In this document: positions 1 to 9,015 of the stretch, piece after piece
Numbering within the stretch: position 1 is the stretch's first letter
Layout: each line of letters begins with the position of its first letter
Source: Arenimonas sp.
GTDB lineage: Bacteria > Pseudomonadota > Gammaproteobacteria > Xanthomonadales > Xanthomonadaceae
Length of the DNA stretch: 64,000 bases
Reading direction: 5' to 3'
Assembly: GCA_026398695.1 (NCBI GenBank)
Contig: JAPLSJ010000032.1
Location: forward strand, 11,271-75,270
Made by a program: the position numbers and the translations under genes
The notes under the pieces: model-generated
Seen by the model: the letters and a program-made list of their open reading frames with translations, nothing else
Database searches by the model: none
What the model was told of the DNA's origin: nothing

Positions 1-2
1 AT

Positions 3-965
3 CACCGCCTCGCCACGCTGCAGCACATCGACCTGGGTACCGACCAAGGCCCCGAGCACGTGGCCATGGGACCCGACGGCCGGCTCTACGTGGCCGTGGC
101 CAGCGGCAACGTACTGCGCATGGCCGCCGACGGCAGCGGCCGGGAAGTGTTCGCCAACACGGGCGGCCGCGTGCTCGGCTTCGACTTCGACGACGCCGGA
201 AACCTGATTGCCGCCGACGCCATCAAGGGCCTGCTGTCGATATCGCCCGCCGGCGAAACCACGGTGCTGGCCGATGCCTTCGATGGGCAGCCGATCCGCT
301 TCGCCGACGCGGTGGTGGTGGCCGACGACGGGCGCATCTTCTTCAGCGACGCCAGCACGCGGTTCGGCCCGGCCGACTGGGGCGGCACCTTCGAAGCCAG
401 CCTGTTCGACTTCCTTGAAATGTCGGCCACGGGCCGCGTGTTCGAATACGACCCCTCGCGCCGCGCCCTGCGCCTGGTGGCGCACGGGCTGGCCTTCGCC
501 AACGGCCTGGCGCTCTCATCGGACCAGCGATCGCTGCTGGTGGTCGAAACCGGTCGGTACCGCGTCTGGCGCATCGACGCCGACGCCCAGGCGCTCGACC
601 TGCGCGAGGCCACGCCAAAAGCCGGCGTACTGCTCGACAACCTGCCCGGCTTTCCCGACAACCTGATGCGCGGGACCAACGGCCGCATCTGGCTGGGCTT
701 CGCCAAGCCGCGCAGCGCGGCGGTGGACGCGATGGCGCCCCACCCCTTCGCGCGCAAGCTGGTGCTGCGCCTGCCGCGCGCGCTGTGGCCCGTGCCGCCG
801 GCCTACGGCCACGTCATCGCGTTCACCGAAGACGGGCGCATCGTCGCCGACCTGCAGGACCCGTCCGGCGCGTACGCTGAAACCACCGCCGCCACCGAAA
901 CGCCGGAGCGGCTCTACATCCAGAGCCTGCATGCCGATACGCTGGGCTGGCTTCCCAACCGCTGA
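3..965 (+). CDS. Strictosidine synthase / SMP-30 gluconolactonase family beta-propeller protein (5' truncated by window edge)
   Basis: Frame is open from base 3 (HRLATLQHIDLGTDQGPEHVAM...). Motifs GPE, GLAFANGLALS and LPGFPDN are typical of the family. Confidence 0.85.
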   Translation, partial: HRLATLQHIDLGTDQGPEHVAMGPDGRLYVAVASGNVLRMAADGSGREVFANTGGRVLGFDFDDAGNLIAADAIKGLLSISPAGETTVLADAFDGQPIRFADAVVVADDGRIFFSDASTRFGPADWGGTFEASLFDFLEMSATGRVFEYDPSRRALRLVAHGLAFANGLALSSDQRSLLVVETGRYRVWRIDADAQALDLREATPKAGVLLDNLPGFPDNLMRGTNGRIWLGFAKPRSAAVDAMAPHPFARKLVLRLPRALWPVPPAYGHVIAFTEDGRIVADLQDPSGAYAETTAATETPERLYIQSLHADTLGWLPNR

Positions 966-993
966 CCGCTGCACCGACCACAGGAACCACCGC

Positions 994-1257
994 ATGGCCA
1001 TGGCCGAATCCGACATCCTCAAGGGATGGATCTACCGCACCAGCAACCTGCAGGAGCGCCTCGTGCTGGGCTGGGACCGCGACGGCCGCATCGTCTACAG
1101 CTCGCGCGGCAAGGACCCCGAGAAGGCGTTCATGAATTGCCACGTGCGCATCACCACCGCCAAGTTCGCCCAGCGCGCCATCGGCAAGCTGCGCCAGGTG
1201 GAGGACCTCAAGCCCTACATCGTCGCCAACAAGGCCACCACCGTCGTGGTCCGCTGA
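994..1257 (+). CDS. Small hypothetical protein (87 aa)
   Basis: AGGAA RBS at 982-986, ATG 994, strong GC3 codon bias, protein-like composition (MAMAESDILKGWIYRT...). Confidence 0.75.
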   Translation: MAMAESDILKGWIYRTSNLQERLVLGWDRDGRIVYSSRGKDPEKAFMNCHVRITTAKFAQRAIGKLRQVEDLKPYIVANKATTVVVR

Positions 1258-1451
1258 GTCCAGGCGGGACGGCGTACCCACGAGCAAACCGCGGCACCGA
1301 CGGTCACCAGGCCCGCCTTGAAGGCGACGGCCTTGGCTGCCGGTGCCGAATTCGAGCGCCGTGGGTGTCGGTGGCGGGGATGCGGTGGCGTGACCCTCGC
1401 TTCCGGGATGGCGCCGGCGCCATTCCGCCTTCGGCACCGTGGATAACGAAC

Positions 1452-1481
1452 AAAAAAAGGCCCGGACAAGTCCGGGCCTTT
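1452..1481 (-). terminator. Rho-independent terminator of the S8 peptidase gene
   Basis: GGCCCGGAC/GTCCGGGCC inverted repeat followed by T7 on the minus strand, about 20 nt after the stop. Confidence 0.85.
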
Positions 1482-1501
1482 GATTTGCAGCGTGCGGCCG
1501 C

Positions 1502-4500
1502 TTACGGGGGCGTCGGGGTGACCGTGAGGTTCACCGGCAGGGCCACGGATGCACGCACCGGGTCGTTGCTGGTCACGCACAGGTAGGCCGGGTAGGCGCC
1601 AGCCGCCAACGAGCTGGTGCTAAGCACCACGTTGGTGGACTGGGCGGGCGCGGACGGGGCGATCGTACCGGAAGCCGGCGTGATCGTACCCAGCCACGGT
1701 GCGCCGCAGGCCACCGAGCCGCGGACCAGCATGTTCAGGCCCGGGAACGCGTTGTTGGAAGTCCAGGCTCCCGTGTTGGTGGTGCTGACGCTGATGGAAG
1801 CGAACGTGCCGTTGCCCGTCGCCGAGCCGAACTGCGCCCAGCGGTTGGCGAACGTGCCCGTGGTGTTGACCACCAGCCAGTACTTGCCCGCCGGCAGCGT
1901 CACGCTCTGGAAGGCAGCCGCCAGGTCGAGGCTCAGGAAACCGCCCGCCGTGGACACGCCCGGGCCGGTGGACGGGGTGGTGAACGTCCAGGAAGCCGCC
2001 GCGGCCGCCGACTGCGGATTGCCGGCCGGCGCACCGGCAGCATCGGGATAGATGCTGAAGGTGAGGCTGGAAGCCGCGCCCGGGAAGGCAGCGCCGCTGA
2101 CCACGAAGCCCTCGACCGACAGCGACGAGATCTGCGTGGAGCTGGTCAGGTCGAAGTCGTCGGCAGTGAACTGGGCATTGTTCGCTGCGGTCGCCGGGTC
2201 GGTGTAGACGGTGTTGCGGAAGCCAGAGGATACCGCGCCGCGAGGCGCGAAATAGCTGTCGGCGATACCGTTGCCCGACGTGCTGATCGCATAGTTGAGC
2301 GCGGTACCACCGGTGTTGGCGACGTTGAAGCTGGCGTTGCCGTTGTTACCCTGTGCCACCGAGGCGCTGACGCTGGGCGGCAGCGACAGGGCCGGCGGCG
2401 ACACGGTGACGCCGATCGGCAGGGCCAGCGTGGAGTTGGCCGCCGACGAACCACCGCTGAGCCGCTGGGTCAGCACCAACTGGCCGAAGTTCCAGGCGTT
2501 GTTGGCCGCGATGCCGGCGGTGTTGATGGTCACGGTGACCGAACGGCTGCCGCCGGCCGGGATCCAGACCAGTGAGCTGCTCAGGGTGCCGTTGAGGCCG
2601 GTGACGCTGAGCGACCACAGGCCACCGCTGGTGCCGGGGTTGCGGAAGGTACGGGTGAACGCGCAGGTCGGGGCGCAGCTGGCGCGGGCCATGCTGGGCA
2701 GGTTCAGGGTAGCCGGATCACCACCCGTGCCCGGATTGGCCGCAGTGTAGTTGGCCGTGGTCTCGTTCATCACCAGGCCGGCGCGGATGGCACGCTCCAC
2801 GCGGATGCGACCGGAGTCGGCGGCATGCGGGTTGGCCAGGGTCACCTGGTCTTCGAGGTAGACCTGGGTGGTGGCGGTCATCAGCAGGGCCGACTTGATT
2901 TCGGAGACGCTCCACGTCGGGCGCGCCTGGCGGATCAGGGCGGCGGCGCCGGCGTTGTGCGGCGAAGCCATGGACGTGCCGCTGATGGTGCCGATCAACT
3001 GCTCCGAGCCCGTGAGGGTGGTGCCTGCCAGGGTGGCCAGGATATCCACGCCAGGCGCGGTGACGTCGGGCTTGATGAGGTTGAAGGTGCCGGCCGGGCC
3101 GCGCGAGCTGAAGGCGGCCAGGGCATCGGCGACGTTGGGCAGGCCCACGCCGGGGAAGCTGATCTGGGCGGTCGTCGTGCTCGGATTGGCGTTGCCAAAG
3201 GCGGCCAGGGCGTTGCCGTCAGTCTGGCTCACGCTGAACGCCGGGACGGTGGTGCCCGGAACGGACGGAAGGATGGTGCCGGCGGCATTGTTGGCGATGA
3301 TCATCGCCACCGCACCCGCCGCCGACGCGTTGTTGACCTTGATGGAGAAACTGCAGGTACCACGACGGACAACCGCGATGGAGCCGGCGAACGTATTGGC
3401 CGGGTAGGCAGCGCAGCCATCGGAGGTGGTGGCGATTCCGGCGCTGATCCGCAGCGGCGTGGTGCCGGGAAGGGTGGCGGCGAGCGCGACACCACCGGTG
3501 CCGTTGTTGAGCACCACCGGCTGCAGCCCGACCGGCACCGGCGTGGGGCCGGTGACCTGCATCAGGGTGCCGAAACCGGCGCGCCCATGCTGCGACGCCG
3601 CCGTGGCCGAAGTCCAAGGCTCGAGGTGGCCCAGCGTGTTGGCGCCCGGGCCGCTGTTGCCGGCCGAGGTGGCAATGAACACGCCGGCATCGGTCGCGCT
3701 CAGGAAGGCCAGCGAAGTCGCTTCGTTCCAGGGCAGCGCGCCGCCGCCGATCGAGTAGTTGATGACATCGACGCCATCGGCAACCGCCTGGTTGATCGAC
3801 GCCACGGTCGAGACGTTCGGGCACAGGCCCTGGCCGGTGGAGGTATTGGTGTAGCAGGCGTCATACGCGATCAGGTTGGCGCGCGGAGCGACGCCGGTGA
3901 TGCGCAGCGGCACGCCGCCGAAGACAACGTCACGGCGGTTGCCGCCGGCCGTGGAGGCGGTGTGGCTGCCGTGGCCATTGGTGTCGCCGAAACCCGGCTC
4001 TTCGCGGACATTGGCGACGCCGCACTGGTTGCCGGGCGCGACGCAGACGAAGTCGTAGCCGCCGATCAACTTGCTGTTGCAACGGCCGGCGTCGTCGGCG
4101 CCCGTCGCGCAGCTGCCGAGGTACACGCCCGCACCGAGCGGGTTGATGTGCACGTAGCCATCCACCGGATCGGTGCCGGCGAACGACGGGCTGCCGAAGT
4201 TGATGCCCGAGTCGATCATGCCGATGATGATGCCTTCGCCCTGCACCGCGGTGGCTCCACCCGGCTGGCTGGCAGTGCCGGCCCAGACGGCCGGCGCACC
4301 GATCAGTGCGGGACCGACGTCGGTATCGGCCACGTATTCCCGGTATCCCTCCACCAGCTTCACGCCAGGAAGGCCGGCGATGCGCTTCGATTCGGCGGTG
4401 GTCATGTCGACCACGATGCCGTTGACCGCGTGCTGCATGCGGTGGCGGACACTGAGGTCACGGCCGGTGACGCTGGCCATCTGTTCTTCCATCAGCATCT

Positions 4501-5044
4501 GGCGACCCTGCAGGTAGCCCAGGTAGTTCTGTGCTTCCAGGCTGCGGGTGTCGATGCGGCCCTTGCCGGTGCCGTGCAGTTCGCGCGGCGCCATTTCGAT
4601 GCCGGCGGTGCCACCCTGGTAGGAGCTCAGGGACGGCTCTTCGAACAGCACGATGAAGGTGCCCGGCGTGCCAGGCTCCAGCGTTTCGACGGCGGCTGCG
4701 GGGGTGCCCACGTCGTCACCGTTGTTGAGTGCCGGGTTGTAGGCGAAGCCACCGCCCGGAAGGCGGTTGCGCGGCATCACGGCCAGGCGGTTGGCGGCGA
4801 CCTTGCCGCTGCCGGGCTGGTAGCCGCTGGCGGCGCCTGCGCTGTTGGCGGCGCTGGACTTGCCGGAGCGCGCTGCGGCCATCGCCGCGTCGCCGGACTT
4901 GCCGTTGCGGCTGGCGTCGGCCGAACCGCCGGAGCGATCCGTTTCCGCCTTGCCGGCCGTCAGGAATTTGTAGGACGCCGGACTGGCCGCCGCGATGAGT
5001 GCAACGAACGCGAGTGTCGCGCCCCACTTCTTCATGTTCGACAT
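1502..5044 (-). CDS. Secreted S8 (subtilisin-like) serine peptidase with I9 propeptide, PA domain and C-terminal Ig/Fn3-like domains
   Basis: Catalytic motifs IDSG, HGSHTAST and GTSMASPH; oxyanion AGNSG; PA motif RRGTCSFSIKVNNA; N-terminal hydrophobic signal. Confidence 0.93.
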   Translation of the reverse strand: MSNMKKWGATLAFVALIAAASPASYKFLTAGKAETDRSGGSADASRNGKSGDAAMAAARSGKSSAANSAGAASGYQPGSGKVAANRLAVMPRNRLPGGGFAYNPALNNGDDVGTPAAAVETLEPGTPGTFIVLFEEPSLSSYQGGTAGIEMAPRELHGTGKGRIDTRSLEAQNYLGYLQGRQMLMEEQMASVTGRDLSVRHRMQHAVNGIVVDMTTAESKRIAGLPGVKLVEGYREYVADTDVGPALIGAPAVWAGTASQPGGATAVQGEGIIIGMIDSGINFGSPSFAGTDPVDGYVHINPLGAGVYLGSCATGADDAGRCNSKLIGGYDFVCVAPGNQCGVANVREEPGFGDTNGHGSHTASTAGGNRRDVVFGGVPLRITGVAPRANLIAYDACYTNTSTGQGLCPNVSTVASINQAVADGVDVINYSIGGGALPWNEATSLAFLSATDAGVFIATSAGNSGPGANTLGHLEPWTSATAASQHGRAGFGTLMQVTGPTPVPVGLQPVVLNNGTGGVALAATLPGTTPLRISAGIATTSDGCAAYPANTFAGSIAVVRRGTCSFSIKVNNASAAGAVAMIIANNAAGTILPSVPGTTVPAFSVSQTDGNALAAFGNANPSTTTAQISFPGVGLPNVADALAAFSSRGPAGTFNLIKPDVTAPGVDILATLAGTTLTGSEQLIGTISGTSMASPHNAGAAALIRQARPTWSVSEIKSALLMTATTQVYLEDQVTLANPHAADSGRIRVERAIRAGLVMNETTANYTAANPGTGGDPATLNLPSMARASCAPTCAFTRTFRNPGTSGGLWSLSVTGLNGTLSSSLVWIPAGGSRSVTVTINTAGIAANNAWNFGQLVLTQRLSGGSSAANSTLALPIGVTVSPPALSLPPSVSASVAQGNNGNASFNVANTGGTALNYAISTSGNGIADSYFAPRGAVSSGFRNTVYTDPATAANNAQFTADDFDLTSSTQISSLSVEGFVVSGAAFPGAASSLTFSIYPDAAGAPAGNPQSAAAAASWTFTTPSTGPGVSTAGGFLSLDLAAAFQSVTLPAGKYWLVVNTTGTFANRWAQFGSATGNGTFASISVSTTNTGAWTSNNAFPGLNMLVRGSVACGAPWLGTITPASGTIAPSAPAQSTNVVLSTSSLAAGAYPAYLCVTSNDPVRASVALPVNLTVTPTPP

Positions 5045-5312
5045 GTCTTCCCCCGAAGCAGATCACTGGAACCAATGATGCGGACGATCCCGGTGCGTGC
5101 ACTCCCTGCACGCCACCCCCGAAGGGTTCACCGGGATATTGCGGGCCGGCCCCTGGCGAAGGACGCCATCGGGACACCGGCCCGCCGAGTGTAAGCCGAT
5201 TCCGTGACACGAAAGTACGTTTTTTTCGCGCCGCCCCCCGGGCGCGTGAAGACCTCCCCCCGGCCAGCCGCACCGGGCCGTGAAGACCGGCGGACGGCCG
5301 ACCCGCCAACGC

Positions 5313-5340
5313 AGGAAGGGCGCCTCTCGGCGCCCTTCCT
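5313..5340 (-). terminator. Hairpin downstream of icd (probable terminator)
   Basis: Perfect 12-bp stem AGGAAGGGCGCC/GGCGCCCTTCCT with a GAGA tetraloop on the minus strand; U-tract is weak. Confidence 0.6.
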
Positions 5341-5362
5341 TTACACCCCACCCCGGCCGGCG

Positions 5363-6373
5363 TCAGGCCCGGGCGCGGGCGGCGATGGCCTGGGCGAAGG
5401 ACTGCGTGGTGCCGGTGCCGCCCAGGTCGGGGGTCAGGCTGTCCTTGGCCGCCATGGTGTCGATGATGGCCTGGCGCAGGCGCGCGGCCTGCTCGACCTT
5501 GCCCAGGTGCTCGAGCATCTGGATGCTGCCCAGCAGCAGGGCCACCGGGTTGGCGATGCCCTTGCCGGCGATGTCCGGGGCCGAACCATGCACGGCCTCG
5601 AAGATGGCCGCCTCGGTGCCGATGTTGGCGCCCGGGGCCAGGCCCAGGCCGCCGACCAGGCCGGCGCAGAGGTCGGAGATGATGTCGCCGAACAGGTTGG
5701 TGGTGACGATCACGTCGAACTGCTCGGGGCGCATCACCAGCTGCATGCAGGTGTTGTCCACGATCATCTCGTTGCACTGGATGTCCGGGTACTCGGCCGC
5801 GACCTGGCGGGCCACCTTCAGGAACAGGCCCGAGGTGGACTTGAGGATGTTGGCCTTGTGCACCACGGTGACCTTCTTGCGGCCGATGCGGCGGGCCATG
5901 TCGAAGGCATAGCGCACGATGCGCTCGGAGCCGCGGCGGGTGACGCGCTGGGTGAGCGTGGCGGTCTCGCCGTCGGCGGTGAGGTTCTGGCCCTCGCCGA
6001 TGTAGGCGCCCTCGGTGTTCTCGCGCACGGTGATGAGGTCGATGTTCTCGTAGCGCGACTTGGTGTTCGGGAAGCTGATGGCCGGGCGCACGTTCGCGTA
6101 CAGGTCGAAGCGCTTGCGCAGCTCGACGTTGATCGAGCTGAAGCCTTCGCCGACCGGCGTGGTGAGCGGGCTCTTGAGCGCCACGCGGTGGCGGTGGATG
6201 GCGTCGATGGTGGCGGCCGGCAGCAGTTCGCCGCACTTTTCGTAGGCGGCCAGGCCGGCTTCCACGAAGTCGTACTGGAGGCCAAGGTCCATGGCGTCGA
6301 GGACCTGCAGGGTGGCGTCCATGATTTCCGGGCCGATGCCGTCGCCACGGATCACCGCGATGGTCTGGGTCAT
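5363..6373 (-). CDS. icd: Isocitrate dehydrogenase, short NAD-dependent type
   Basis: GDGIGPEI, RENTEG, VHKANI, NLFGDIISDL and EAVHGSAPDIAGK motifs; start at MTQTIAV; about 336 aa. Confidence 0.85.
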   Translation of the reverse strand: MTQTIAVIRGDGIGPEIMDATLQVLDAMDLGLQYDFVEAGLAAYEKCGELLPAATIDAIHRHRVALKSPLTTPVGEGFSSINVELRKRFDLYANVRPAISFPNTKSRYENIDLITVRENTEGAYIGEGQNLTADGETATLTQRVTRRGSERIVRYAFDMARRIGRKKVTVVHKANILKSTSGLFLKVARQVAAEYPDIQCNEMIVDNTCMQLVMRPEQFDVIVTTNLFGDIISDLCAGLVGGLGLAPGANIGTEAAIFEAVHGSAPDIAGKGIANPVALLLGSIQMLEHLGKVEQAARLRQAIIDTMAAKDSLTPDLGGTGTTQSFAQAIAARARA

Positions 6374-6517
6374 AAGTGCTTGTTCTTCCAAGAGGTACGG
6401 GCGGCCGGACGGCCCCCGGAGGCGCCGCATTATGCCAGATCGCCCTGCCCTCCTGCCCACTGGACCTTCGTCTGGGGTCGCGCCCGGTTCATCCGGGGCG
6501 CGCCCGGCGGCCCTGTT

Positions 6518-6910
6518 TCAGTGGTCGTGCGCGGGCTGGGCGGGCGCGTGGGCGCCGGAGCCTTCGAGCTGGTCGAGGAAATCGACGCCGCGGCGCAGGT
6601 GCGGGATCACGATCGAGCCACCCACCACCAGGGCCACGCTGAAGGCCTCGAAGAATTCGTCGCGGTTGACGCCGGCTTCCTTGCACTGGGCGACGTGGTA
6701 GCTGATGCAGTCGTCGCAGCGCAGCACCATCGACGCCACCAGGCCCAGCAGTTCCTTGGTCTTGAGGTCGAGGGCACCGGCCTTGTAGGTCTGCGTGTCG
6801 AGCGCGAAGAAGCGCCGCACCACCTGGTTGTCCTGGCCCAGGATGCGCTCGTTCATGCGCATCCGGAATTCGGTGAACTCCTTCACCCGGTCATCGGCCG
6901 ACCCGCTCAT
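6518..6910 (-). CDS. Carboxymuconolactone decarboxylase / AhpD-like protein
   Basis: GALDLKTKEL...RCDDCISYH CxxC motif; ATGA overlap with the grxC stop. Confidence 0.85.
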   Translation of the reverse strand: MSGSADDRVKEFTEFRMRMNERILGQDNQVVRRFFALDTQTYKAGALDLKTKELLGLVASMVLRCDDCISYHVAQCKEAGVNRDEFFEAFSVALVVGGSIVIPHLRRGVDFLDQLEGSGAHAPAQPAHDH

Positions 6911-7167
6911 GCGCCGCCCTCCAGCAGCGGCTTCAGCCCGCCCGCGCGGTCGAGCGCCACCAGGTCGTCGTAACCGCCCACGTGCACGTCGCCGATGAAG
7001 ATCTGCGGCACCGACGTGCGCTGGCTGGCCTGCATCATCGTGGCGCGCGCCTGGGGGTCGGTGTCGACCCGCACTTCCTGCCAGCTGGCGCCGCGCGACT
7101 TGAGGAAATTCTTCGCCGCCACGCAATACGGGCAGACGGCGGTGGTGTACATCGTGATGGTGGGCAC
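6907..7167 (-). CDS. grxC: Glutaredoxin 3
   Basis: CPYC active site, TSVPQIFIG, GGYDDL; GTG start with GGAGAA RBS. Confidence 0.93.
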   Translation of the reverse strand: MPTITMYTTAVCPYCVAAKNFLKSRGASWQEVRVDTDPQARATMMQASQRTSVPQIFIGDVHVGGYDDLVALDRAGGLKPLLEGGA

Positions 7168-7327
7168 GTGGGTTCTCCGTTGACCGGGCAAGTGTGGCGG
7201 CGCCCGCCGCGCTTTGCCAGCCGTGGCCTGCAACGCTGCGGGCCGTGTACCGGCCGTGTTAACGGGGGATTCACCCGCGCGACAGCGGCGAGCCGTTATC
7301 CTCGGCCATCCCCGTGCTGGAGTTGCC

Positions 7328-8932
7328 GTGCGCATCGAGCTCCCCGTTGCAACCCTCGTCCTGGCCCTGGGCCTGGCCTGTGGCGCGCGCGCGCAGGAAA
7401 GCACCCTGCCCGACATCGGCTCGTCGGCCGGCGAACTGATCGACCCGGCGGTGGAAGCGCAATACGGCGCCTACACCCTTTATGAACTGCGCCGGCTGGG
7501 CATGGTCCTGGACGATCCGCTGGTGGACGACTGGCTGCATGCGATGGGCTTCCGCCTGGCCGCCTCCAGCGAAACCCCGCGCCAGCCCTTCACCTTCTTC
7601 ATGATGCGCGACCGGCAGATCAATGCCTTCGCAACCCTGGGCGGCTACATCGGCGTCAACGCCGGGCTGGTGATCACGGCCGAAAGCGAGTCCGAGGTGG
7701 CGGGCGTGGTAGCCCACGAAATCGCCCACGTCAGCCAGCGCCACGTGCTGCGCGCGGTCGAACGGGCCAAGAAGGACCAGATCCCGATCCTGCTGGCCAT
7801 GATCGGCGCCATCGCCGCCTCGCAGGCCGCGGGCAACAGCAGTTCCAGCAGCTCCGATTCGAGCTCCAACGCCACGGCTGCGGCGGTCACCGGCGCCATG
7901 GCGCTGATGGCGCAGCGCCAGATCGACTACACCCGCTCCAACGAGTCCGAGGCCGACCGCGTCGGCATCCAGACCCTCGCCCGCTCCGGCTACGAGCCCA
8001 ACGGCATGGCCGACTTCTTCGAGCGCATGCAGAAGGCCAACCGCGGCAACAGCGGCGGCTACCAGGTGCCCGAGTACCTGCGCAGCCACCCCGTCACCAG
8101 CACCCGCATCAGCGAAACGCGCCAGCGGGCGCAGAAGCTGGCGGCGGAGCGGCCGACGCCCGGCCCCACGTCGCGGGCGCCCAGCAGCCTGATGCTGCCC
8201 AGCGCCTACAGCCTGGCCGGTGAATCGGCCGCCGGACCGGGCGACGACTTCGGCTGGGTGCGCGAGCGGCTGCGCGTGCTCAGCGCCCAGGACCCCACCG
8301 CGGCGCTGCGCGAATACCGCGCCATGGCCCGCGCCCCGGGCGTGCGCACCACCGACCCCCAGCGCTACGGCCTGGCCCTGGCCCAGCTGCGCGGCGGCTA
8401 CCCGGCCGAGGCCGAAGCCACGCTGGACGAGCTGCTGCAGCGCCATCCCCAGCACCTGTGGCTGGAACTGGCGCGGGCCGAGACCGCGGCCGTCGCCGGC
8501 AGGAAGACCCTGGCCAGCGAACGCTTCGAAACCCTGCTGGCCCGCCACCCCGACAGCCGCCCGGTGCGCCTGACCTATGCCCAGGTACTGGGCGAGACGG
8601 CCACCCTCGCCTCGGGCCGGCGCGCCCAGGAAGTGCTGCGGCCGCTGCTGGCCACGAGCGCCGAGGACCCGCTGTTCCAGCGCAACTTCGCCCGGGCCAG
8701 CGAACTGGCCGGCGACATCGTCCGGGCCGGCGAGGCCTACGCCGAGACGGCCTACCTCAACGGCCGCGCCGTGGACGCCCTCAACCAGCTGGCCGGCCTG
8801 ATGAAGCGCGACGACCTCGACTACTACCAGCGCGCCCGGATCGAGGCCCGCATGGCCGCGATCACGCCGGTGGTGCTGGAAATGCAGCGCCAGGGCGTGC
8901 GCCCCGAGGAACAGCGGCCCGACCGCCAGTAG
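7328..8932 (+). CDS. bepA: M48 family periplasmic metalloprotease with TPRs (BepA/YfgC-like)
   Basis: Signal peptide, LPDIG, INAFA, HEIAH zinc motif, ESEAD, YLRSHP, C-terminal TPR-like helices; GGAG RBS before GTG 7328. Confidence 0.85.
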   Translation: MRIELPVATLVLALGLACGARAQESTLPDIGSSAGELIDPAVEAQYGAYTLYELRRLGMVLDDPLVDDWLHAMGFRLAASSETPRQPFTFFMMRDRQINAFATLGGYIGVNAGLVITAESESEVAGVVAHEIAHVSQRHVLRAVERAKKDQIPILLAMIGAIAASQAAGNSSSSSSDSSSNATAAAVTGAMALMAQRQIDYTRSNESEADRVGIQTLARSGYEPNGMADFFERMQKANRGNSGGYQVPEYLRSHPVTSTRISETRQRAQKLAAERPTPGPTSRAPSSLMLPSAYSLAGESAAGPGDDFGWVRERLRVLSAQDPTAALREYRAMARAPGVRTTDPQRYGLALAQLRGGYPAEAEATLDELLQRHPQHLWLELARAETAAVAGRKTLASERFETLLARHPDSRPVRLTYAQVLGETATLASGRRAQEVLRPLLATSAEDPLFQRNFARASELAGDIVRAGEAYAETAYLNGRAVDALNQLAGLMKRDDLDYYQRARIEARMAAITPVVLEMQRQGVRPEEQRPDRQ

Positions 8933-8947
8933 GCCCGGCTGCCGGGC

Positions 8948-8976
8948 CTGTCACCGCCCGGTCACAAAAGTTTTAT
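8948..8976 (+). promoter_or_regulatory. Pho box upstream of phoB
   Basis: CTGTCAC-cgcc-CGGTCAC-aaaa-GTTTTAT: 7-mers at 11-bp period resembling the PhoB consensus CTGTCAT. Confidence 0.75.
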
Positions 8977-9015
8977 CTACTTGCGCCATGGCCCTCCCGG
9001 TGACACGGTAACCCA

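Noticed and set aside
5184-5209. TGTCAC-N16-CGGC upstream of the S8 protease as a third ECF promoter
   Set aside because: The -10 element mismatches CGTC, and an overlapping TACACT sigma-70-type -10 explains the site equally well.
5245-5290. Direct repeat CGTGAAGACC, two copies
   Set aside because: Two short copies only; not CRISPR-like and plausible by chance.
5363-6373. Short NAD-type isocitrate dehydrogenase resembling eukaryotic IDH3
   Set aside because: Already known in Xanthomonas and Xylella, so not novel.
7836-7870. Poly-serine tract in BepA
   Set aside because: Encoded by mixed codons, so it is a low-complexity linker rather than a slippage or phase-variable repeat.
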